From Trichoplax adhaerens (lineage: Eukaryota; Animalia; Placozoa), in the NCBI RefSeq assembly GCF_000150275.1, contig NW_002060945.1, forward strand, positions 8,882,011-8,946,010: a stretch of 64,000 bases of DNA, written 5' to 3'. Position numbers and translations under genes: made by a program. The notes under the pieces were generated by a model that was not told the DNA's origin, ran no database searches, and was given only the letters and a program-made list of their open reading frames with translations. Of this stretch, positions 29,222-40,388 are shown piece by piece. Every line of letters begins with the position of its first letter. Within the stretch, counting starts at the first letter, position 1.

Positions 29222-29630
29222 ATGCAAACAATTTTGAGTGGAGAAAAAACATGCCACCATCATTACTACTGTAATAATAATAGTGTATATTTTTGTTGGA
29301 ATTATCGAAAGTATGGACCACTAGAAGGAAATTACAAAGTCGATGATTGCGATAACTAGTAGGTAAAATAAATTATGTCGATTAGAAAGAAGGATGAATT
29401 TAACTTTGAATTCAATCCATTGAATAATATGCAGGCAATTTTGAGTGGAGAAAAAAATGGCATCACTACTACTGTATTCATACTGTATACTTTTGTTGGG
29501 ATTATCGAACCCTAGACCACTAGAAGGAAGTTCTAAAGTAAATGATTACGATAACAAGTGAGCAGTCAATTACCGTACATCGATTAGAAAGAAGGATGCA
29601 TTTAACTTTGAATTTAATTCATTAATTAAT
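29222..29630. repeat. Diverged tandem duplication, 2 x about 207 bp
   Basis: atgca..caattttgagtggagaaaaaa...gaccactagaaggaa...tcgattagaaagaaggatg..tttaactttgaatt occurs at 29222 and 29429. Confidence 0.88.
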
Positions 29631-31670
29631 CGAGTACTATGAATAATGACATAAAGTAGGACATGTCTAATTTGATGATCAATAGAGCCCGTATATTTTT
29701 CAGTAGTTGCAAGGTAAGACCATGGAATACTGTAGGTATGATCAGATACGAGATCATACAGTACTGTATTCCAGATACGTTTTTTTACGTGTTATCACGT
29801 ATGGAGACGAGGATTTCAAGACGTTCAATCGCTACTTGCAAAAATGGTGGATAAAAATTATAAATTGTTCCTGCTGCTCAACTTTTAGACAAGCACTGCT
29901 TTGAGTTCAGCATGATAACGGTCAAGTATTACAATGATTGGTTCTTGTAATCATAATACGTACCACACACAGGCGGCAATTACAGCAAATTTACACTGTC
30001 AATGATAGACTACTGTTAAGCCTATATCATGTAAAGCTACAAGCCTTATTCGTGTTCATAGTAGATATGTCAACATGGAATACAAGGTATTTTTTTATTG
30101 GATATGTTGTAAGATTAAATTATGATTAATTAATTAGTATTACCATATCGTGTCCTCACTGTGATAGCATGTAATACAATAGCGACATTTCCCTAATAAG
30201 ATACGCTATTTTAATCTGTTGTATCATTCAGGCTTGATTTTTTATCCGGCAAAGTCCACTAGATCGTCATTGCCTAGTAAAATCAGAATACTTTCTAGGC
30301 TACTCCATTCAATTCGTTTGGAAATGGTCAATAAATAAAAATTTTTTTCTCTATCGTCTTAATCTATTTATAACAACCCCATTAGAACAATGGTTGACTA
30401 GGTCAGAAGGTTTTAGACCATTTTTATGGTACTTGTCGTCTGATCTGATGTCCCAAAGGATTTCCCAGTCGATCGATTAGGGTAGTCATGAGTAGTTTGG
30501 AGTAGGGTAAATGATTGCCATTGCATTTATCTTTTTATATTCGCCCATTACCATGACAGAGTATGATGGCTACTGTAATGTACTTGCTTAACTCATCCTA
30601 CCCTACATACTGAGACTGAGAAATGATGTAGACGGTCGCTTTCATTAAAACGATTTAATTGTAATCAGAATGGGGCGAAAGTATCCCATAGACAGTGAGT
30701 AGTACTGGACTGGACTGTACTGCCATCCTACGAATCAATACGACTTGGACTTGTCAAGTCAATCCTATTGCTTAATTTATCAATTAGTCAATGTGTCCAA
30801 TATTTTAAACATGGGATTACACTGACATAATCCTATTCTATGTGTCCAGTACAATAAGCTATCGAAACCAGGGGCAATTTGCGATCGTCGATCGATTTAA
30901 TTCTATATTATCCGTCGGCCATTTTTGCTTTGTCGAAGCGCACACTTTGAGCACCATCGGGGATTAACTGATTACTGTAGTATGAACGGTATCCTGCTAC
31001 TCTCTACAGTATAGTATAGTACGGTCCGAGTCAGAAGTATGGCGAGTGTACATACAATGTGGCATCGCACATCTGTACATGGGCAGTAAAAAGTGCTCAA
31101 CATTTGCTCCCAATTCTGCTGCAATCGCACTATCAATTGTAGTCTATGCTGTACACTTGACTACTACATAGATTGCATAATCGACATTCAAGTTTAGCTA
31201 CTATTATGAGGAAAGACAGTAGGAAAGTCATTTGTTGTCTACCAATCCTATCCACATGGATCTGTTTTTATCCCCTATTTCGAGTGTGGAAGTGTGTTCT
31301 GTAGGACGTGTCGTATTGGAAGGAGAAAATGATCGCTTTTCCAAAAACACCATCCAGTATTTCACTATTAGAGAGTTTTCCATGTCGATACTAGCGTGTA
31401 CGCATACCATGGCAAGCTATCCCATTGCATCCATCACGCTACTGTCTGTTGAACATTTGAAACAAGCAGCAGTCTACTCGTAGACTTCGGTATGACGGTA
31501 AAATCAAGCTGAATGCTACGTACACTCCAATAATCGATCGAAGGGGTTAAGGTTAAGAAAGGGATAGAAAGTAAAGCGAACAGCGCTACCATCATGTATT
31601 GGGTTGAATGAAGATGATATGTTTATAAAGACATTGACTCGTTACAAAATAACAAATATACTGTACTTAC

Positions 31671-31830
31671 TTTCGAAACTTGGCTGGTAGTATGCAGCTT
31701 CCTGATCTCCTTCTTCAAAATAAAAATAATAATAATAATCTTGATTTCTGACCACAATAACAGCCTTATTCCTTACCGTATCCGTCGTATACAGTTGGAG
31801 AGCTTCTCCTTGGCCGGGACTCCAACTACG
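31671..31830 (-). other. Candidate non-coding 5' UTR exon(s) of the RhoGAP gene
   Basis: The RhoGAP ATG exon begins at an acceptor (ttacttacag|, exon base 28150) 20 nt before the ATG. Strong minus-strand donors GTAAGT (31670) and GTAAGG (31776) lie just downstream of a GTAC-rich tract. Confidence 0.4.
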
Positions 31831-32098
31831 TCCAGTCCAGTACAGTACAATAATGATGCCTAGTGACTAGTGCAAGCAAGCTGGTGCACAGTACTATGTA
31901 CTGTAGTGTTTACAGTACATTGTACTGTAGTACAGTTCAAAGTTTTTCCACACGCCAGTATACAGTACTACACCGACAGGTCTCTCGTCTTGAGTCTACT
32001 GTTAGTACTGTTCTGTATAAAACCGTGAATCTGCCATCTTCTATGGACGGAAGAAGAAGAGGAGGCATCGAAAATAATCAGATTGGACAGTAATGTAA

Positions 32099-32281
32099 AA
32101 CGTAGAGAGCGAAAATGATGAGTACTGGACTAACATCGACTACTGTGTCATTAGGCTGTCACCCTGTACGACGGGGAGAAAGTATACTAACGTAAAGAGC
32201 GAAAATGAGGAGTACTGGACTAACATCGACTACTGTATCATGAGGCTGTCACCCTGTATGACGGGGAGAAAGTACACTAAC
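32099..32281. repeat. Tandem duplication, 2 x 90 bp
   Basis: aacgta(g/a)agagcgaaaatga(t/g)gagtactggactaacatcgactactgt... occurs at 32099 and 32189. Confidence 0.93.
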
Positions 32282-33958
32282 TTTCTTGACGACGAGTAGT
32301 CCTAGAGAACTGCTGACCGATTGCATTTATAAACTAGAACTGCATTCAGTAACAATAGTCAAAGGCTATCCCAAAATGGTGACTCGTTCAACACTCAGCT
32401 CGTCATCACTTTGCGTACTTGTTTACTTTCAACACATTAACGATGAACTGCAGCACTTTCATTCTGTGAATGCGCCGCCTACTGGATTGTGTAACCTAAT
32501 TTCAATCCTGGACATTGCCCGTAATATATACATAGCTCCCACTCAATAGCTTAACGGTTCTGACTTACTTTTCTCTATTATTCACATTTATTCCTTACCG
32601 CGCATAATTACTCACTAGAATAGGGCATTGATGAACCTAAAGTTCACAAACTGTATAGCGCGCCTGACTACACCTGTTATCGATCATCGCGCTAGATAAG
32701 TGTTGAAAGTTTTCGGCACACAGTTCGCTGTTACCTTCAGTACAATTCAATACATGAACAGAAATATCACCATTCTGTTTAGCATTGAGTGAGTATATGC
32801 CATCCGTTCCCGCCCAATAGTCGCATTTCTATCCCTTGCCTATAGATGCATCGTTGCGGGTGTGCAGTAAGCTTGACTCTGTGCTGTAGTATGCGCGTAT
32901 TTTAAGATGAAAAAACATTAGCCAAACAATTTGTCAGCTATGCTCCTATTATAAAGTTATAAGTAACTTTTCCGATAATTTCAAGTTTAGTCCGATACAG
33001 CACAAGTGTGAACGCACATTTACAGTATTCTTCACTCTACAGCTTTGCATATTACAGGCCCTAATGATATTTAATCTACATAGCGGAAATGCAATGTTAT
33101 CCAATCTTGTATGTTACACATTTAATAATCTTGTTCGTAGTCATCATCCACTAATCAAAATAGGACGCATAAAATTAAGGACTGTTATAGAATTAATAAA
33201 TAATAATTATAGCAGTAAAAGATACAATTATTGACAGCGAATAACTACAGAAGTTGCAAATACAACTATAACCATTCAGCAAAGGCACAATGACATCAAC
33301 TACAAAATAATATTGCAAGCTACTGTTAATAAACCGGCAAGGGCGGCTTTGAGATGCTAATTATTTAGGAAATTATTAGTTCTAAAGCAATTTACATCAA
33401 CACTACTTTACGCATCTCTACAGTAATAATATACAGTCTCATAAACTTAGAGTATTTAATCATGCGTTAAATCATTGGCAATCAAAAATTACGTACGGTT
33501 ACCGATGACGCTGTACTTGGCAACACACATCTCCTGCGTGAATAGTCTGTTTTACATAAAATTCTGTAGTTTTGTAGTTCCAGTTTTATATCAAGATGTT
33601 CCGTTTTATCTCGTCTATACTCTAGTTAGTAACAAAATTTTGTACCCTTGTAACAGGACAAAACCTGCCGGCGTACAATCCAATCAATCTATTCTGAATT
33701 ATATATACACGTATAAATCGTTAATAAATCAAGATGTATGATGTGCAGTCCATATTTAGTCATTTTTAACATTACTCAAAATTACCAAACGTAAGAATTT
33801 TATGACTAATTGGATAAAGTGTTAATGATTTGAATCTCTAATGAAAATAGGATCTTGTGCAGGATAACAAGTTATCACTGGACTCACAATCAAATATCCT
33901 CCTTGCCTTATTTATGAACTAATACGTAGTTACATCGATAGTGGCACCAGAAGTGAAA

Positions 33959-36900
33959 TCAGGCGTACTTTATACGTTGATAGGTATTATTATCTTCAAG
34001 TTGCGGCGTCCCATTGACCGTTTTCGACGTTAGTATTCCATCTTCATGTACGGTGACAGTTTCGACGCCATTCTCAATTACTCTACAAGATAAAATATTG
34101 ATTTATACTACCTTGTTATAGATCAAAAATTCGTACAAGTAAATATAACCTAGTAATCAACAACGATCAATATCTTAAAATATGTGTAAACACGTTAATA
34201 TTACTCCAGTTCTATCAAGTAATCGTAGGATCATACTTTTTTGTGGTCTTCTTTTTACCATTAACGATGACAGTTGATGTACTAGTAGACTTGACATTCG
34301 GTCCACCTCCAAAGGATGACGACATTGACGAAAAAGAAGTGAAACCGCCACCTCCGGCACCCATGTTACTAAAGTTACCAAACGACGAGAAACCACCAAA
34401 GCCAAAATCATTGAAGAAACTGTTATTCTGTGATCTCTCACCAGGTCGCTTCGTTCCACGTCCCTCGTTAAAAGGATCTATTCAATTATTGCGTATAATT
34501 TCTACTTTTAATTTCAATCCAATCAACATACTGCAATTTTATCTCAAATCATAAAATTAAGAAGAATCAACTTTGATTATAAGAAAATTATCAAATGTTC
34601 TATTTGCAATAGTATGTTCTGTTTTTTCTTCCTATTCTACATATTTTGCTACATTAATCGCTTATCATTTTTTTTTATCAAGTCTTGAAAAGTTTAGGGG
34701 GCCCTTCTACTCGTATAAGTACAAGTAATCAGCAGAATTCGTTACCTTACAGTGATATCCCTCATACTATAAAATAATGTATGCATTACTGTAATTAAGG
34801 TAGTTCCAGTCACAACAATAAAACTAGGAACTATGTAGTAGACTACACGCACAATACGGGCGAAAAATGTATGCAATTTTTTCTCCCCGCTGAATAAAGT
34901 GAAATGGTAGACTCTAAGCTGTACGTGCTATCAAGGGTGTTCTAATTTAATATACAGTATGTGCGTAATAGCCATGTAAACGGACATTCATACCAAAAGA
35001 AAACATTTCCGAGAAAGGGTCCCTTCCTCCGAAGAAAGATCTGTCCAATGAAAGTAATCCTATTAGAAATGATACAATGGCTTGAATTTTTCAAATCACG
35101 ATTAGTAGAATCAGACCTAAAGATATCCATCGGGTCGCTAAAAGTAAATTCAAAGCCGCCTGAGGAACCATAATCTCCCTGAAGTCCTGCTTTTCCATAC
35201 TTATCATACATTGCACGCTTTTCAGCTAATAGATAAGTGCATCGTTTTAAATTGGTTAATCAAAAATTTAAAGCTTTATCTACATTTATCATTCTAGCTA
35301 CATTGCATATAAGCTAATTTTTTGGAGGCAACACATGACATTGAAATATTAACATCGCTGAATATTACTGAAGTCTAACATAATACAGTTCTAAGAAACT
35401 AAAATATGGCAATTGATCAAGTAATTTATTTTAGGCTGACTTACAATCTGACAACACTTCATAAGCTTCTGAAATTTCTTTAAATTTTAATTCAGCTTCT
35501 TTTTGGTTATCAGGATTTTTATCTGGGTGCCATTTTAGCGCTAGCTTCCGATACCTAAAATCGACATCAATACCAGTTTACCGATTAATCTTTATGCCAA
35601 CAAGTATGTTGCTCGATTATATTATAATCAATCGTAGTATCCTGTCTACATAGTGTCGATATTTCAATTGGTACGGTAGTGCGTCCAACTATTGTCATCA
35701 GGAGGAAATTGATATCGTCCACTCTTCATCGATAGCAATATTTATCTACAGTACTGTATACTGTACATGATAAAATTAGCTGCAATTCTAGGACACCGAT
35801 TTGGAGTCATTTTACTTCAAATTTTGGAATTGTATCTCACTAGGATGTCAACTTTGCTGCAGTGGTACGATACCACATATCCATTATTTATTTTTATTGG
35901 ATCCAATTTAACGTTACTTTAATGTTGAATCCACGGAGTTGCTGCATCGCCTGACACAACTTAAACCACTTGCAGACGATCTACACGACTATTTCGATGC
36001 ACAGCAATTACGATTATTTGTACAACCTCTTCTTAAGCTCTCCTACAAATTGATTCATTGCCGGTTACAGTATTATTGTTCATAAACAACAACGAACACG
36101 TCTAGTACATGGTCAAGATCGCATAAGCATCACGAAAGAAGGAGTCTATTATCGTGTACAAGTCGACAGTATACGACTGTACATAGCCCTCATCAATTAG
36201 TTTTGCAATATTTATTCCAATAACATTCAATCTTCGTTTACTGCAGGCGGCAGGTACAACGCAGTACTAACAGGCGTCAAAGCGAGAACATTGAGTACAG
36301 TATAGTCCTGCACTAGAGACGAGTATTGTTCCATTGTATAATACAGTACAGTATGTCACATTATAGCACGTCCTTACGTACAGTACTGTCCGTTAGCGTG
36401 TTGGACTAGCCATCGATCTAGAACATTCGAAAATGTCGTCCATCACTTTCAATCTCATGATATTGAAGGGGCAAATTTAGAAAAAGGAAAAGGAAATACT
36501 TATCGAAACTGTGTAGTTTTGGTTGCTTAAATGTTAGAGAAAGACTACTCCAGTGAGCATGATTGTAGCTGCAGTACGATTTGCAAGCTGATTAGTATTA
36601 GTATCATAAAGTTCCATTGCTTCGCTAGTCAGAGGCCATCATCAGGACGAAGTACCAGGAAGAGATTTAATATGCGCGTATAGGCCAGACCGTCTTCTAG
36701 TAGTCCATGACATGATACAGAGATGTCCTCTAGTGAAGTTACGTTAACAAAAAACATCTCTATACACCAGTCTTGGATGCAGTATAGTATTTACTGCCAC
36801 TCCAAGCAATCGCTAACTTTATTGGCTGCAGGTAAATTGCTTGTCAGCAAGATTGTACGTACTCTGTCAATAGGTATATCTTGCATTAAACACTTGCTTG

Positions 36901-37822
36901 AATCCAACTCTCAGCGTCAACGCGTATTTTGAGAGAAAGAGCCTTCTAAAATATTACCCATGAATAGCTTGCTAGCATAATATCCTAACCAGATATAGTG
37001 ATTAGGACAGTTGTTCAATCTTATAATTTAATGAAGGTACATGTATGCATTTCAAGACAATCACACTTTCAATGGTCGCTACAAACTACAGTTTATTCTA
37101 GCTCAGTAACCCTATGGCACAGTAATGATTACATTGAACTGTTGTGTGGCTGTATTAAAAGTCCAGTTTCTTCAAAGCCAAAAGTCGACTATTGTAAAAT
37201 TGATATCCAAAACCAGCCACTTTACACGTACTGTGAAGGCTAAAACTATCGCATCAACTCCATCGTCATCATTTCTCAAAAAGGCTGAATCATAGCTTTT
37301 TTTTAGAAAATAGGTATTATCGGATAACATATATCGCTTGCATGGTCTTTTACAAGTTTCGCTTAATTTCATAACAACCAATGCAGGCTCACAATATCGT
37401 CAAGTTGTCTTTTTTCGATTCATATTGCTCTCGACAGCGAGAGCGGCAATGCATACGGTGAATAGTTCATGCTCATTATTGACTTGAAAGTAAAAGACAT
37501 GTCAATGCGCTCAAAATGAAAGCACTATTCATGGATATAGCTTAGGAAATGCAATTTAAAGTAAATTTAATGATTTAATAAATTCCGGTAGAAAAAAAAA
37601 ATAATCTTTCAGTATAACTCGTTGTCACGCAGTAGTTTGAAGTACCGTAGTTACGATAGTCAATTTAAGTAACGTTCATTTGCACAGCATTCTATCAGTA
37701 GCCAAATGCTACTATGGACAAGCTTTCCTCTGCATGGATAGTACTTACGCTTTCTTGATTGCTTCTGCGGAGGCAGTCTTTTCAACATGAAGTATTTCAT
37801 AGTATTCTTTATCGGAAGACAT
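33959..37822 (-). CDS. DNAJB6: DnaJ/Hsp40 class B, DNAJB6/B8-like (6 coding exons)
   Basis: Exon 37822-37749 gives [25 protein letters not shown]; exon 35554-35445 gives [16 protein letters not shown]...[13 protein letters not shown] (HPD motif). G/F- and S/T-rich linkers follow, then the C-terminal [24 protein letters not shown] typical of DNAJB6. Stop TGA at 33961-33959. Confidence 0.93.
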
Positions 37823-38182
37823 AATTATCTATGGAAAATATTTTGAGGAAAAATTAAAAGACCATAACGCGATATGTTGAGATACTGTAGTGGAAGAGTA
37901 CGATACTTTCGAATCACTCAAGAGAGAGAGAGACTGCTATCTTAAACAGTCTTGGCTTGACTGTACATGGTACTCGTTGAGAAAATATTGCAGTCTGCAA
38001 GCATACTTTTAACAAACACAGTCGATTCTATATATATATTATTGGATAGAGGCTGTAGGCAATGCATGCCTTGTACAGTAAGTCGATTTTAGATCATCTC
38101 GCATAATTTCTGCACTATGATGTAGTCCATTTATCGATTAGCATCACAACGATGAATCGATCAAAAGGAACAAAAATGGAAA

Positions 38183-38232
38183 TTATATATCAAATTTTCC
38201 CTTCATTCAACCAGAACATTCCAGGATATTCT
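38183..38232 (-). promoter_or_regulatory. Heat-shock element plus TATA box upstream of the DNAJB6-like gene
   Basis: aGAAc aTTCc aGGAt aTTCt at 38213-38232 forms four inverted nGAAn units with one mismatch. A minus-strand TATATAA at 38189-38183 lies about 25 bp downstream of it and about 360 bp before the ATG. Confidence 0.6.
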
Positions 38233-38568
38233 GTGCAATTTTCTCTTACCACAATTCGTCTACAACTTGCTAGGAAAGGATGAGTTATAACAATTTATCC
38301 TGCCAGAAGTAGTGATGGATATCTTCCCTCAGAAAGAAATGAATGACTTGACAAGTGGCAACCTTCTACTGCCCTTTCAACTAGTGCTAACGGGCTCGCT
38401 GTAGTTGGCCGTTTAAGTACTAATCGTGCTGTAGCGCTACGTTGGCTGTATCGATAACTACTCATACACCACCTACTTCTCTATATAGAACCTATGTATC
38501 CATTGGATACCTCCATAATCGTCTGACTCCATTTACTAGAGTTTGCAGTACTATGGACTCCTGTTACG

Positions 38569-38617
38569 GTACGGTACTGTACTGTACACTGTACACTGTA
38601 CACTGTGCACTGTACTG
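38569..38617. repeat. GTACT/GTACACT microsatellite tract
   Basis: gtacggtactgtactgtacactgtacactgtacactgtgcactgtactg. Confidence 0.88.
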
Positions 38618-38676
38618 AATATTTTTCCAGACCGATTGTCCCGTTTCCAGATTGCGAAGGTTACTAGACTCAGGTC

Positions 38677-40388
38677 TAGATCACGCATTGGCTGTTGCAA
38701 GGTGTTTTAGAAAGCCTCATCAATTGTAAATGCAATTACGGGCAAAATAGAAGCCCTTTCCGCTAATCCAACCACTCGGCTTCGACCTTCCTGTTGTTTG
38801 ATCGAAACGACTCGATTTGGGGATCAATAGTAATATCCAATTCCTACAGTTTTCATAGTTTTAAAGTCAAGATTGCAACAAAGCAAGAGTTGAATCATGC
38901 ATTCGCTTTGCAAGGTGTTTAGAAAGCCTCATCAATTGTAAATGCGATTACGGGCAAAATAGAAGCCCTTTCCGCTAATCCGAGCACTCGGCTTCGACCT
39001 TCCTGTTGTTTGATCGAAACGACTCGATTTGGGGATCAATAGTAATATGCAATTCCTATAGTTTTCATAGTTTTAAAGTCAAGATTGCAACAAAGCAAGA
39101 GTTGAATCATGCATTCGCTTTGCAAGGTGTTTAGAAAGCCTCATCAATTGTAAATGCGATTACGGGCAAAATAGAAGCCCTTTCCGCTAATCCGAGCACT
39201 CGGCTTCGACCTTCCTGTTGTTTGATCGAAACGACTCGATTTGGGGGATCAATAGTAATATCCAATTCCTACAGTTTTCATAGTTTTAAAGTCAAGATTG
39301 CAACAAAGCAAGAGTTAGATCACGCATTGGCTGTTGCAAGGTGTTTAGAAAGCCTCATCAATTGTAAATGCAATTCTGGGCAAAAATAGAAGCCCTTTCC
39401 GCTAATCCGAGCACTCGCCTTCGACCTTCCTGTTGTTTGATCGAAACGACTCGATTTGGGGGATCAATAGCAATATCCAATTCCTACAGTTTTCATAGCT
39501 TTAAAGTCAAGATTGCAACAAAGCAAGAGTTGAATCATGCATTCGCTTTGCAAGGTGTTTAAAAAGCCTCATCAATTGTAAATGCAATTCTGAGCAAAAT
39601 AGAAGCCCTTTCCGCTAATCCAACCACTCGGCTTCGACCTTCCTGTTGTTTGATCGAAACGACTCGATTTGGGGGATCAATAGTAATATCCAATTCCTAC
39701 AGTTTTCATAGTTTTGAAGTCAAGATTGCAACAAAGCAAGAGTTAGATCACGCATTGGCTGTTGCAAAGTGTTTATAAAGCCTCATCAATTGTAAATGCA
39801 ATTCTGGGCAAAAATAGAAGCCCTTTCCGCTAATCCGAGCACTCGCCTTCGACCTTCCTGTTGTTTGATCGAAACGACTCGATTTGGGGGATCAATAGTA
39901 ATATGCAATTCCTACAGTTTTCATAGTTTTAAAGTCAAGATTGCAACAAAGCAAGAGTTGAATCATGCATTCGCTTTGCAAGGTGTTTAGAAAGCCTCAT
40001 CAATTGTAAATGCAATTACGGGCAAAATAGAAGCCCTTTCCGCTAATCCGAGCACTCGCCTTCGACCTTCCTGTTGTTTGATCGAAACGACTCGATTTGG
40101 GGGATCAATAGTAATATGCAATTCCTACAGTTTTCATAGTTTTAAAGTCAAGATTGCAACAAAGCAAGAGTTAAATCGCGCATTGGTTGCTGCAAGGTGT
40201 TTAGAAAGCCTCATAAATTGTAAATTGTAAATGCAATTATGGGCAAAAGTAAAAGCCCTTTCCGCTAATCCGAGCACTCGCCTTCGACCTTCCTGTTGTT
40301 TGATCAAAACGACTCGATTTGGGGGATCAATAGTAATATCCAATTCCTACAGTTTCATAGTTTTAAAGTCAAGATTGCAACAAAGCAA
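38677..40388. repeat. Satellite-like tandem array, 8 x 212-214 bp
   Basis: Anchor aaagcctcat occurs at 38711, 38923, 39135, 39349, 39563, 39777, 39991 and 40205. Confidence 0.97.

Noticed and set aside
32114-32190. C-box-like ATGATGA suggesting a C/D snoRNA in the 90-bp repeat
   Set aside because: No D box (CTGA) or terminal stem in the unit, and the second copy has ATGAGGA.
28530-33741. Scattered 60-133 aa ORFs between the RhoGAP and DNAJB6 genes
   Set aside because: Compositions are typical of random AT-rich DNA, with no domain motifs or coherent exon chain.
34175-35173. ORFs 34243-34554 (+), 34175-34459 (-) and 34961-35173 (+), plus similar antisense ORFs over TRRAP and ERG exons
   Set aside because: They are shadow or alternative-frame ORFs over real exons.
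35912-36200. Protein-like open stretches on the plus strand inside the DNAJB6 intron ([23 protein letters not shown]…)
   Set aside because: No start codon or convincing splice sites, and no recognisable family; a BLASTX search would be needed to revive it.
38677-40388. Possible CRISPR-like array (also considered for 21042-21509 and 62060-62882)
   Set aside because: Units repeat in full with no unique spacers, there are no cas genes, and the context is eukaryotic.
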